This document shows positions 32,677 through 42,453 of a stretch of 64,000 nt of DNA, piece by piece. The notes under the pieces are model-generated. The model was not told where the DNA came from and ran no database searches. It was given only the letters and a program-made list of their open reading frames with translations. Both the position numbers and the translations under genes were made by a program. Within the stretch, counting starts at the first letter, position 1, and every line of letters begins with the position of its first letter. The stretch comes from an uncultured archaeon (lineage in GTDB: Archaea; Thermoproteota; Nitrososphaeria; Nitrososphaerales; Gagatemarchaeaceae): positions 896,001 to 960,000 of the forward strand of contig CAWFOU010000001.1 of the NCBI GenBank assembly GCA_963817525.1, given 5' to 3'.

Positions 32677-33217
32677 TCAGGCCGACATCTGCTTCAAGAT
32701 GGCGCGGGCGCTCGCCTTTGACCTTGCGTCGACCTTCACGGCGACCACGCCCTGGAGGGGCTGGCCGTAGAAGACGACGGCCCCCAGCGGGGCGTCTATC
32801 ACCGCCGGGATGGTGAGGAGGTCCTCCTCTCCGTCGATCAGAACCATCACGGGCTTCTCCCCGGCGAAGGCCCTCTTCATCGCGCCGAGGGCGGCCTTTG
32901 TTATGCGCCCGGCCGGGTTCTTCGCCCTGATGGTAGGGCCGTGGGCGATGTGGGGAATCTCGCGGGGGGTCCTGCGCTCCACTCCGTCGACCACGAAGAC
33001 ATCGGGGGACCGCCCGGTGGTCTCCTGGATGGTCTCGGTCACCCTGTCCCCGACCGTGACCACGAACTGGCGAGCGCACGACGAGGGCGAGGAACTCCTC
33101 TCCCCGGACCTCGGCGGCGGGGAAGAGCCTGCCCAGGGGCTTCTTGAGCTTCCTTCTGAGGGATGGTGTGAGCACCCTGTCGCCCGCGGGAGGCCTAGGC
33201 GAGGCTCTCGCCTTCAA
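32677..33217 (-). CDS. GTP-dependent dephospho-CoA kinase (DUF359), frameshift near 33070
   Basis: LKKPLG, TVGD, VVDG, NPAG, DGEEDLL, YGQP. Confidence 0.9.
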
Positions 33218-33221
33218 GGGC

Positions 33222-33410
33222 CTAGCTTACCTTGAGAGCGTATCGACCGGGTACGGTGATGTTGAGCGTCTGCGCGACGTTGGAGTGCTGCACGTCCAGC
33301 ACGATGATGAGCCCTGACCACTCGCTGCTGAGCTCGTTGGAGTGGTCGTTGGGGCATACCTTGTCGTGGGTGAGCATGTGGCACTTCCTGCACGCCTGCT
33401 CTCTCGCCAT
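33222..33410 (-). CDS. spt4: Transcription elongation factor Spt4 (RpoE'')
   Basis: ACRKC..CP..WSGLIIV..PGRYALKV. Confidence 0.95.
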   Translation of the reverse strand: MAREQACRKCHMLTHDKVCPNDHSNELSSEWSGLIIVLDVQHSNVAQTLNITVPGRYALKVS

Positions 33411-33440
33411 GCTACTGTCACTCTCTCCTCTGGTCTCGCG

Positions 33441-34022
33441 CTAGGCCGCTCTTGCGGCCGCCTTCGCCTGCTTCTGGACCTTGTTGACCTCTTCCTCCAC
33501 CCACTCGAGGGCGCCGAGGAAGGGCTGGCGACAGGTCACGCCTATCTTGCCCATCGATATGCCGTGGCCGAGGCTCACCGCGGTGATCCTCACTCGTACC
33601 TTGCTCCCGACCTTGAGGGTCCGCTTGCTCTGGGAGGCGGTGATCACGCCCGACTTTACGTCGCTCGTGAGGTAGTCGTCCATGATCTGGCTCAGGTGCA
33701 GGAGGGCGTCCGTCGGGCCTATCCTGACGAAGGCCCCAAAGTCCGTGATCTCGACTATCTCTCCCTCCACTATCTCCTGCTTGAGCGGGAAGAACGAAAG
33801 GACCTGGAACCTCACCTTGTGGTAGGTGGCGCCGTCGCCGGGGATTATCTTCCCTATCTTGTCTACCTTCACGTTGTTGACGAGGACGAGGTACCCGTTC
33901 TCGGGGCTGATGGTGCTCTCGTACTTTTGCTTGAGCAGGTCGAGCGCCACGTTCTCGAGGTTGTTTCCGAATTTGTCGGGGGGGACCCTGACCACGTCTT
34001 CAAGTTCGACTAGTTGAAACAT
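33441..34022 (-). CDS. rpo7: RNA polymerase subunit E' (Rpo7)
   Basis: GDGATYH, FGAFVRIGPTDALLHLSQI, RQPFLG. Confidence 0.97.
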   Translation of the reverse strand: MFQLVELEDVVRVPPDKFGNNLENVALDLLKQKYESTISPENGYLVLVNNVKVDKIGKIIPGDGATYHKVRFQVLSFFPLKQEIVEGEIVEITDFGAFVRIGPTDALLHLSQIMDDYLTSDVKSGVITASQSKRTLKVGSKVRVRITAVSLGHGISMGKIGVTCRQPFLGALEWVEEEVNKVQKQAKAAARAA

Positions 34023-34135
34023 GATATACCCTAGGTAGAGTTTCGGCCTTTTCCAACCCTAGAAAAAGATTTCGATGTCTGTCGGATTTCAGTTCGCAAA
34101 GGGCAGAGCGAAGTGCGTTTCCACCCTGCAAACGC

Positions 34136-34558
34136 TCAGGCGTAGACCCGTCCGCCCCGGAGGGTGATAACCGTCTGCACCCGGGAGGCGCGCAGCCTCT
34201 CCGCCAGCTCGGAGTCGATGGTCGCGACCGCGGCCCCCTCGCGAAGGGCGTAGGAGATTATCTCGTCGTCGGGCTTGCCCTTGCCGTCGGGCTCCAGGGC
34301 GAAGGCCCCCTCGTCGAGCAGCTTGAGCGCGAGGGCGGCGAACTTGCCCGTCTTGTCCCTCTTGGCTGCGAGCCGGGCGAGCTCGTCGCGCACCGACGCG
34401 AGGATTACTGGGGTGAAGCCGCCCAGCTTCTCGGCGATGTCCCCGCTCCAGGGGGTGGGGTGCTCCATCACGGCGACGAGGAAGCTGCTGTCGAAAGCCA
34501 CGGGCCGCTTCTTTCGGGCGGTTTGGGCGCGGGCCTTAGCGGACGAGGCCTGAGCCAA
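34136..34558 (-). CDS. PIN-domain protein (Fcf1/Utp24-like)
   Basis: FDSSFL, DDEII, VATID; conserved position after eIF2 gamma. Confidence 0.85.
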   Translation of the reverse strand: MAQASSAKARAQTARKKRPVAFDSSFLVAVMEHPTPWSGDIAEKLGGFTPVILASVRDELARLAAKRDKTGKFAALALKLLDEGAFALEPDGKGKPDDEIISYALREGAAVATIDSELAERLRASRVQTVITLRGGRVYA

Positions 34559-35806
34559 TCAGGCGCCACCTCTCGGCGATCCTCCTGCTAATCGCGACGC
34601 GGCCCCCGTCCTCGGCGACGACGGGCTTCTTCAGGTCGAGCTCCGCCACCGTGTCTCGGGCGGAGGTGACCGTCCCCAGCGTGGAGGCGGTCCCGACGTT
34701 GAGCCTGAGCGTCTCGGTCGCCTTCACCTTGTCCACCCTGATGAGCGCGGACGACCCGACGGCCTGGTCGAAGAGCTGGAGGTCGACGGTGATGTGCGTC
34801 CTCACGGGCGGCAGGCTGCCGGGCTTGCCCACGAGATTGCCCACGAGGACGTCGCCCTTTGTGAGGCGAGGGTCGAGGGCGGTCCCAAGGGCGATGAGGC
34901 CTCCGGGGCCTACCTTCTGCGTCATGCCCGCCCCCGTCCCGAGGCTCGCGACCTGGGTGGCGATCGGCGTGAACTTGCCGCTCCTCTCCTCGAGGAGGCC
35001 CGGCGATATCTCGATCTCGTCCCCGACGCTGATCTCCCCGCGCACGAGGCTCCCCCCGAGGACTCCCCCGACGAGGGCCTTTACGTCCGCGCCTGGCCTG
35101 TTGACGTCGAAGCTCCTCAGGATGTACATCTGGGAGGCGGCGGTGAGGTCGTGCTTGGGGGTCGGGATGTTCTCCTCTATGGCCTCTATCAGCGCGTCGA
35201 TGTTGATCCTGTTCTGGGCGGAGACCGGGATGACGGGGGCGTCGGCGCCCACCGTGTTGGCGAGGAACTGCTTGATCGCCTCGTAGTTCTTCTTCGCCCC
35301 CTCGGAGTCCACCCTGTCTATCTTGTTCTGGACCACGACCATCTTCTTCATCCCCAGCATCTGCAGCGCGAGCATGTGCTCCCTGGTCTGTGGCATGGGG
35401 ACGGGCTCGTTGGCGGTGATGACCAGGATGACCCCGTCCATCAGCGCGGCCCCCGCGAGCATGTTGGTCATCAGGCTCTCGTGGCCGGGGCAATCCACGA
35501 AGCTCACCGCACGGAGGAAGTTGGTGGGCTTGCCGCATATTGGGCAGACGGGCGAGGTGGAGTACGCCTCAGGAGGGGGCGTCTCGGGGCACTTGTAAAA
35601 GGCCGCGTCCGCGTACCCGACCTTGATGGTGATCCCCCGCTTAAGCTCCTCGCTGTGGGCGCTCGCCCAGACCCCGGTTATTGCTTGCACGATGGAGGTC
35701 TTCCCACTATCTACGTGACCTGAGTGCCGATGTTGCACTCGGGCTGCTTGGGAATCAGCCGCTGGACCTCTGCGGGCGGCGCGGTCGTGGACTGCTGTTG
35801 GGACAT
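34536..35806 (-). CDS. eif2g: Translation initiation factor 2 gamma subunit, frameshift near 35723
   Basis: KQPECNIGT..GHVDSGKT, RGITIK, DCPGHE, WRLIG. Confidence 0.96.
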
Positions 35807-35866
35807 TAGGAACGGATTTGCTGACGGCGAGGCTGCGTGTATTTAAGATGTTGAGGTGGACTGAGC

Positions 35867-36208
35867 CTACTGGACCTTCACGGCGTTGAGCTGGTAGACC
35901 TCGTCGTTGATCAGGCCGCCGCGCACTAGCTTCCTCCTCTTCTCCCCCTCCACGGCATTGCGGAAGCCTACGCCCTCGGTCAAGAGGACGTACCTCTTCC
36001 CTCCACCGAGGATGTCGGCGCGCATGGGGAAGCCCGCCTTGTCACTCCCGCCGGTGATCTTGACCTTGTAGTTCTGCCCGACCGGGGTGAGGTCGACGGT
36101 GTCGCCCAGCCGCCTACCCATGAAGAGCAGGGCGGTCGCGTCCTTGGCCTCGAGGACCTCGGACTTGCCGGTCTTGGCGTCGCTTACTACGATTTTGAAC
36201 GCGGGCAA
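35867..36208 (-). CDS. rps6e: 30S ribosomal protein S6e
   Basis: KITGGSDKAGFPMR, GEKRRKLVRG. Confidence 0.96.
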   Translation of the reverse strand: MPAFKIVVSDAKTGKSEVLEAKDATALLFMGRRLGDTVDLTPVGQNYKVKITGGSDKAGFPMRADILGGGKRYVLLTEGVGFRNAVEGEKRRKLVRGGLINDEVYQLNAVKVQ

Positions 36209-36325
36209 CTTTCAACCACTCCCCTTGGGCTCGGTTATTAAGCAGATTGACATTCTGCTTTTCGAGCCGAGACACAGGGTTCGTAGGCGCTTAAATATCA
36301 CGCGAAGGATTGAGGTCTCGTCGAC

Positions 36326-36598
36326 ATGGCCGAGAAGATTCCTGGATGGATAGAGCGGATTCTACTTCCCCAATTGGGTGACATCAAGGGGGAAATCAAG
36401 GCAGTAAACGGCAGGGTCGACCGGCTGACAGGCAAGCTCGAAGCGCTGGAGGGGAGGATGGAGGGAGAGTTCGCCGCAGTTCATTCAGAGATTAGGCGCG
36501 TCGACGAGAAGGTCGGGAACTTCGAAAAAATGCTCAAGCTGGCCGACAGGATGACGGTGGTCGAGAGCAGGGTCTCTACCCTGGAATCGCTCAAGTGA
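36326..36598 (+). CDS. Small coiled-coil protein
   Basis: WIERILLPQL followed by heptad repeats; ttaaata box about 28 nt upstream. Confidence 0.75.
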   Translation: MAEKIPGWIERILLPQLGDIKGEIKAVNGRVDRLTGKLEALEGRMEGEFAAVHSEIRRVDEKVGNFEKMLKLADRMTVVESRVSTLESLK

Positions 36599-36605
36599 GC
36601 CGCGA

Positions 36606-39600
36606 CTAAAAGCCGTAGAGCATGTCCTTCGCGGAGCGGATGGCGACTATCTCTTCGAGGGCCTGCAGGTCGTCCGGGGAGAGGGTGGACGCGTACTTGC
36701 CCTTTAGGATCTTCGCGTCGTGGCTCGTGGGGATCGAGTAGAGGTCCTCGTCCTCCTTGATCGTCCTGCCGAGGGTGGGGCCCTTCACCGAGATGGCCAC
36801 CTGCATACCCTTCCCGGCCTCCGCGATGTTCTTGCCGTTCTCCTGGATCTGCTCGACCACTCCCACCTCCTCCCCCTTCTGGTTCATCAGCCGCACCTTG
36901 GGGCGTAGCCGCCCCGCGAGGACCTCGACCCCGAAGACCGCGGGGTCGTTCCTCCTGAAGAAGTTCCCCTTCAGGGCCTTCACCTTGGCGGGCATCGTCA
37001 CGCTCTGGAGCGCGGTCCTCTCGTCCTCCTCCTTCTCCTTCGCGGCCCACTGGACGTATCCCTCGACCGCGTCGTAGATGACCTCGGAAGTGATTATCTG
37101 GACGCGCTCCGCGCTCTCCTTCGCCTCGGGGAGGACCTTGACGTCGAACCCGATTATCGCGCCCAGGTATGGGTCGCGCTCGGCGACCGCCTCGGCCTCG
37201 ATTATCTCCGCCTTGGAGATGTCCCCGATGTCCGCTAGGCGGACGGGGATGGCCCGCTCCTCGAGCATCTTGAGGAGCGCCTCCAGGCCCCCGATGCTCC
37301 CCGCCTTGACGACGACCCCGACGCTGTCGCTCTTCCGCCTCAGGGTGCTCAGGTCCTTCTCGAGGTCTGTCTTCAGCGTCGCGAACTCGGCCTCGTCCCG
37401 GAAGGTCATGACCGCGGTCCCCGGGATGACCCCCTCGAGGTCGGGGCTGACCAGCTTGACTCCGGCGGCGGCGTAGACCTCTTCCACGGCGGTGAACTTG
37501 TCCCTCGGGTCGCGCATCTCGTCGAGGGGCTTGGGCATGAAGAGTGCCTTGACCTTGGTCTGCGCGGCCCCGTCGCGCTTCACTATCACTATCTTGTCGC
37601 CCACGTGGAGGGTCCCGTCGGTGAGGATGATGTTCGCGGTCTGCCCCATCCCGACCTCCTCCTGGAGCTCGAGGACTATGCCCTTCGACCTCCCCGAGAC
37701 GTCGGCCGCGCCCTGGGCGAGCTTGGTGGTCAGGAACTGCTGGGCGAGCCCGATGAGGACGGCGAGGAGCTCGGGGATGCCCACGCCGTACCTCGCTGAG
37801 ACGGGGACTATCGAGACCTGCTTGCGAAAGTCCTTGATGCGATAGAAGGCCTCCGCCTGGAAGCCAGCCCTGGAGAGCCCGCCGACGACGTTGTAGAGGC
37901 GCTCCTCGAGCTCGTCGTTCCACTCAGGGGGCTGCAGCTTGAGAGCGGCGGACAGCGCGATGCTCCCCTTGCCCGTCACGGTGTCCTTTCGCCAGCCCCT
38001 TATCATGTCCACCTTGTTGAGGGCGACCAGGAAGGGGACGTGCCTCTCCTTGAGTATCTCGATGCTCTCCATCGTCTGGTTCTCGAGGCCCTTCAGGACG
38101 TCGACCAGGAGGATGGCGATGTCAGCGGCAGAGCCGCCGCGCATCCTCAGGTTGGAGAAGACCTCGTGCCCCGGCGTGTCGATGACGAGCAGGCCCGGGA
38201 TCTTCAGCGAGCCCCCCGTTTTCGAGAGAAGGGGGCCGCATATCGCCTCGAGTGTCTCCATCGGGAAGAAGCTGGCGCCGATCTCCTGGGTGATCCCGCC
38301 CGCCTCGCGGGCCTGGACCCCCGTCCCTCTTATTTTGTCGAGAAGAGATGTGTTGTGGATTATCAGGCTGTTGCCAAGGAAGTTGTGATAGTCGTCGACC
38401 GTGAAGTCGTAGACGTCGCATGCCCCTTCGATCACCTGCAAGCCCGAGACTTGGACGCTGGCGTAGTTGTTGATGGTCTCGACGAGAGCCTTGCTGTCGT
38501 AGCCGGGGAGCGCTTGGGGGAGGTGCCTTACGACGTCCCGGCTTATCTTCGAGCGCGTCTGAAAGGTGCTGATCTGGAAGTGCTCGTCCCAGTTGACCCT
38601 CTGACCTTCCCTGATCTTCCTTAGGAACTCACCGGGTATGGGGGTGATGTCGAAGACCCGGTTCGTCTCGGATGTCTGCGTCTTGATCTTTGCTGCCAGC
38701 ATCTTCTCTTTTTCCCCAAAGCCGATCTGGTCGACGAAAGCCCTGACGTTGTCCCTCCCGCTGATGAATACCTCTCTGCTATGGCCGCCCTTCCCGAAAT
38801 AGGCCAGGCAGCCGAACCTCGCGAGCAGCATCGGCAGTTGCCTCATCAGCTCCGCGCCCTCGCACCCGACCCCGATGTTCCTCCCTTCCTGGACGAAACC
38901 TTCCGCGTCGAAGAATCCGCGGAGGAACTTTGCGACGACGGGATCCGGCATCATCGAGATGGTGTCCGGGACGTGGATTGACCTGCTCTTGTCAGCCGTC
39001 GGATAGTCGAAGACCTCCACGAGGAACCGGTGAAGCGACTTGCCACCCTTGTGGCTCACGATGAAGCTCGTCCGGCGCCATGCCTTGCTCGCTCCCACGC
39101 CAAAGGGCAGTTCGAGGTTGATGAGGAAAAGGTCCATCAAGTAAGTGGACGTGTTGGCAAGGTACCCAGATTCCGCGACGCCGTCCCCGAAAAGCAGGCC
39201 GACGAGATACGCTAGGGCCTCGAATCCCTTCTCGTCCTTTGGCACCGCTATCCACGGTGATCGGTGGGAGGCGCGTCTCTTTCGAGAGGCGAACTTCACG
39301 CCTTCGACTTGGTCGTAGGCGTCGGCCAGGGAGATCCCCACCTCCTTGACCGCGTTCCGAAACACGCTCGCTCTGAAGTATCCTTGCTCGAGGTGAAAGA
39401 TGAACTGGGAGTCCCCGAGGTCCTTCCCAACCCTTTGCCTTCGTCCGTTCGAGAAGGCGACCAGCTTGGCTACGAGAGGTTGGGAGGCTCTGACCAGGAA
39501 ATCGTCGGAGAGTCTGGCCAGGATCCTCGACTTGACGGCCTCTAGCCCGTTTGAGGTGACGTTGACCCTCGCGGGGATCACAAGGTGGTCGCCTAGCGAC

Positions 39601-39989
39601 AGACGCTGGGCTTCTACATAGGAGAGCTCCCCGTTGGCAGACATGGCGAGGAACTTGTGCTCGGGGGTGCACCTGACGGCGTAGCCTGCTTTGGTCGTGA
39701 CCTCGATAAGCCGGTCGGCCCTGAGCTTCCAGACGTGCGACGCTCGTTTGGCTATGACCCTACCTTCCGGCGAGGTCGATAGTAGTTCCAAACCCTTCGC
39801 TTCGAAGGAGACGCCGTCTGGTCTTTCGATAGGTTGGCCTGACTTGAATTCCTGGAAGAGCGCGTCCGCCCTGGCCACCCTACCGTCCGCAAGTTGGATG
39901 AGAGTGTCAGCGCTGACGCACTTGCCGGCATCCGTGTGCCCCAGCACGACTACGACTGGTTGTCGGAGTTTTTGTTCTGACTGGGACAT
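36606..39989 (-). CDS. infB: Translation initiation factor IF-2 (aIF5B), intein-containing
   Basis: LRQPVVVVLGH..GK / TSLLDKIR, EAGGITQ, DTPGHE, NKVD, PKPLDEMRDP. Confidence 0.97.
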   Translation of the reverse strand: MSQSEQKLRQPVVVVLGHTDAGKCVSADTLIQLADGRVARADALFQEFKSGQPIERPDGVSFEAKGLELLSTSPEGRVIAKRASHVWKLRADRLIEVTTKAGYAVRCTPEHKFLAMSANGELSYVEAQRLSLGDHLVIPARVNVTSNGLEAVKSRILARLSDDFLVRASQPLVAKLVAFSNGRRQRVGKDLGDSQFIFHLEQGYFRASVFRNAVKEVGISLADAYDQVEGVKFASRKRRASHRSPWIAVPKDEKGFEALAYLVGLLFGDGVAESGYLANTSTYLMDLFLINLELPFGVGASKAWRRTSFIVSHKGGKSLHRFLVEVFDYPTADKSRSIHVPDTISMMPDPVVAKFLRGFFDAEGFVQEGRNIGVGCEGAELMRQLPMLLARFGCLAYFGKGGHSREVFISGRDNVRAFVDQIGFGEKEKMLAAKIKTQTSETNRVFDITPIPGEFLRKIREGQRVNWDEHFQISTFQTRSKISRDVVRHLPQALPGYDSKALVETINNYASVQVSGLQVIEGACDVYDFTVDDYHNFLGNSLIIHNTSLLDKIRGTGVQAREAGGITQEIGASFFPMETLEAICGPLLSKTGGSLKIPGLLVIDTPGHEVFSNLRMRGGSAADIAILLVDVLKGLENQTMESIEILKERHVPFLVALNKVDMIRGWRKDTVTGKGSIALSAALKLQPPEWNDELEERLYNVVGGLSRAGFQAEAFYRIKDFRKQVSIVPVSARYGVGIPELLAVLIGLAQQFLTTKLAQGAADVSGRSKGIVLELQEEVGMGQTANIILTDGTLHVGDKIVIVKRDGAAQTKVKALFMPKPLDEMRDPRDKFTAVEEVYAAAGVKLVSPDLEGVIPGTAVMTFRDEAEFATLKTDLEKDLSTLRRKSDSVGVVVKAGSIGGLEALLKMLEERAIPVRLADIGDISKAEIIEAEAVAERDPYLGAIIGFDVKVLPEAKESAERVQIITSEVIYDAVEGYVQWAAKEKEEDERTALQSVTMPAKVKALKGNFFRRNDPAVFGVEVLAGRLRPKVRLMNQKGEEVGVVEQIQENGKNIAEAGKGMQVAISVKGPTLGRTIKEDEDLYSIPTSHDAKILKGKYASTLSPDDLQALEEIVAIRSAKDMLYGF
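38352..39920 (-). mobile_element. Intein (523 aa) with LAGLIDADG homing endonuclease in the IF-2 P-loop
   Basis: Begins CVSADT after GK, ends VYDFTV..IIHN before T; block B TPEHKF; YLVGLLFGDG and FLRGFFDAEG motifs. Confidence 0.96.
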
Positions 39990-40040
39990 ACGAAATCAGC
40001 ATTCGGGGGCCGGGGCCAGCCACCCCTAATTATCCCTTGC

Positions 40041-40499
40041 CTAGGCGCCGGGCACGGTGAACAGGGCCGATGTGGGGAGGGAGATCGCCACGCCTGAGAA
40101 GGCGACCGCGAAGAAGGTGGCATTGTATGTGCCAGCGGCGAGCCCGAACTCTACCAGCTGGGCGGCGACTATTGCCCCGGGCGCGATGGTCGCGGTGGCC
40201 TCTGAGAAGTAGACCATCTGGCTGGAGTTGTTTCGAAGCACCATGAACACTATCCCAGTCACGCCGACGGTCAGGTGGTTGCTGTAGGACACCGTGTCGG
40301 CCGTGCCGAGCGGTCCGACGCCGGGCGCCGGCGCCCCGACCATCGTCCAGACCGTCGTCCCACCCACGAAGGTGTCCGCCGAAGCGGCCGCGGCTGAGCT
40401 CAGTACGAGTAGCGCCGCGATGGCGAGGCCCGCCGTGAGGGAGGAGTTCACGTAGGTCGGAGAGGGGCGGAGCGTTTTATCTCTTGCGAAAGAGCGCAC
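40041..40499 (-). CDS. Small secreted single beta-sandwich protein similar to the S-layer C-terminal domain
   Basis: Signal peptide; SNHLTVGVTGIVFMVLRN..GLAAGTYNATFF..SGVAIS parallels SlaA TNHSNAPITGFVYAVVHN..GLPPGTYSVTIF..SGTAIS. Confidence 0.75.
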   Translation of the reverse strand: MRSFARDKTLRPSPTYVNSSLTAGLAIAALLVLSSAAAASADTFVGGTTVWTMVGAPAPGVGPLGTADTVSYSNHLTVGVTGIVFMVLRNNSSQMVYFSEATATIAPGAIVAAQLVEFGLAAGTYNATFFAVAFSGVAISLPTSALFTVPGA

Positions 40500-40566
40500 C
40501 GGGGCGGAGCTCCCGCTCGGTGTTGAAAAATAAAGGAGGAGAGCGAAAGGCTCGTAGCCTTTGCTC

Positions 40567-41622
40567 TTAGTTCTTGGCGCCGAACTTCAGAGGACCTAAC
40601 GAGAAGCCGTACTCTTGCTGCTGTGCGAGGAAGGTGCTCTCCACGCCGGTGAGCATGACCATGCACTTTACGCGGCCTTCGAGGGTTGGGTCCACGCGAG
40701 CGCCCCAGACGATCCTGACTCTTGGAGGTAGCGACTTGGTTACAAGTTCGCCTGCCTTGGTGACCTCCTCCAGCGTCACGTCCGAGCCGCCTGTCACGTG
40801 GACGAGTACCCCTTGAGACTTGGTCACGTCCCTGATGTCGAGCAGCTGACCTTCGATGGCTTGCCTGATTGCGACCTCTACCCTGTCGGAGCCCTTTGCC
40901 TCGCCGACACCGATGGCCGCCAGACCCTTGCGCTCACATATGGCGCGGAGGTCTGCGTAGTCGATGTTGATGAGGGAGGCTGTGGTGATGGTCTCGGTGA
41001 TGCCCTTCACGAACTGGCCTACCAGCTCGTTGGCAACTCCCAGCGCCTGCTGTAGTGGCAGGTCGCCTGCGACCTTGGACAGCTTGGTGTTGTCGATGGC
41101 CACGACGGTGTCACAGTACTGGCGGAGAACCTTCAGTGCGTTCTTCGCGTTGTCGTACCTGAACCTCTCTACAGAGAACGGCAGAGTCACGACGCCTATC
41201 ACTAGGCGGCCCTGCTTCTGCAGCTCCTTGGAGAGCACTTCTATCGCGCCCGTGCCGGTGCCTCCTCCGAGGCCTGCGCACAGGAAGATGATGTTGCTGT
41301 TTTGTGTTTCCTTCTGGAAGTCCTCAAGCGACTCCCTTGTCGCTGCCGCACCGCGCTGTGGGTACCCTCCGGCACCCTGGCCGTGCGTGAGCTTCTCACC
41401 GATTAGGATCCTGCGATCCGCCTTGGTGATGCTGAGGTGTGCTGCGTCTGTGTTGGCGGCAATGAGCTTACCGCCGGCGATGCCTCGTTCCTTGATCCAC
41501 GAGACAATGTTGCTTCCGGCTCCGCCGACACCTATGACGGTGACGTTTGGCTTTGCCATCCGCATCACTGCTGCGATCTTTTCGGCTTCTATGAAGTCCA
41601 TTCCTTCGTTGCTTACTTCCAT
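40567..41622 (-). CDS. ftsZ: Cell division protein FtsZ
   Basis: GVGGAGSN, NTD, GLGGGTGTG, T7 loop INIDYADL, IVWGA. Confidence 0.95.
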   Translation of the reverse strand: MEVSNEGMDFIEAEKIAAVMRMAKPNVTVIGVGGAGSNIVSWIKERGIAGGKLIAANTDAAHLSITKADRRILIGEKLTHGQGAGGYPQRGAAATRESLEDFQKETQNSNIIFLCAGLGGGTGTGAIEVLSKELQKQGRLVIGVVTLPFSVERFRYDNAKNALKVLRQYCDTVVAIDNTKLSKVAGDLPLQQALGVANELVGQFVKGITETITTASLINIDYADLRAICERKGLAAIGVGEAKGSDRVEVAIRQAIEGQLLDIRDVTKSQGVLVHVTGGSDVTLEEVTKAGELVTKSLPPRVRIVWGARVDPTLEGRVKCMVMLTGVESTFLAQQQEYGFSLGPLKFGAKN

Positions 41623-41778
41623 CTTGACACTGCTATAGAAGAATTTTCTACATAACGCTTATGAATTCTGATAAGTTAACATCCGCCGAACACTAACCTA
41701 ACGCGGCATTCAGACACTTTTGTTAAAATAATTTGCTCAAGCTTATTAATGCCAAGCGAGTCCTTATCTTAACGTGTC

Positions 41779-42360
41779 TTGACGTCCGCCGAGCCGGCCG
41801 CGCAGCCCATAACCATCATAGAGCTCATGTCGGGCTGGGCCAGGGACAACGGAGTCATACTCAGGAGCAGGATACCCGCAGAGAAGAAGGTCCTGGCCGC
41901 GATAATGTGCGCATCGGGCTACACCTATCGTGACACGTCGAAGATACTCGGCGGGATCTCCCATGTCGCGGTGCACGACGCCCACAAGAACTTGATGGCG
42001 GCCCTGCCTCCTCTGCAAAAGAAGAGGAGGGAGGTGAACATAGAGGAGAACGTGGTCGACCTCAACGCCGAGACGAAGGCGGTGATTTGGCTGGCGAGGG
42101 ACGAAGACAGCGGGGAGATACTGTCCTTCCGCTGCTCCACGACCAGGTCTCCCATGGACCAGAAGAAGTTCATCGACTCCGTTCTCTCGGTGTGCACCGA
42201 AAGGCCCCTCCTCAAGGTGGAAAGGGGTTCGAGCTATCCGAATTCTCTGAGGCAGCTGGACCTATATTTCCAGATAGTGCCGACGGGCACCCCCATCAGG
42301 AAGAGGATAACGAGCTTCTTCCTAGGCGCTTCTGAGCCCGAGCCCAAAACGAAGAGCTAG
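41779..42360 (+). CDS. IS6-transposase-derived protein with all three DDE positions substituted (probably domesticated)
   Basis: HTH GYTYRDTSKILGGISHVAV; KKRREVNIEEN (cf. AIDET); IWLARDEDSGEIL; PLLKVERGSSY (cf. VDRG.WY); RITSFF (cf. RIE.FF). Confidence 0.75.
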   Translation: MTSAEPAAQPITIIELMSGWARDNGVILRSRIPAEKKVLAAIMCASGYTYRDTSKILGGISHVAVHDAHKNLMAALPPLQKKRREVNIEENVVDLNAETKAVIWLARDEDSGEILSFRCSTTRSPMDQKKFIDSVLSVCTERPLLKVERGSSYPNSLRQLDLYFQIVPTGTPIRKRITSFFLGASEPEPKTKS

Positions 42361-42453
42361 AGAGGCCGTTAGGCCAACGAACTTTCGGGTGGGAGGGGCT
42401 CTAGGCCCTTTTGCGCTTCGGCCTCGGCCGGAGCGCGATGGACCTGAAGAGTA

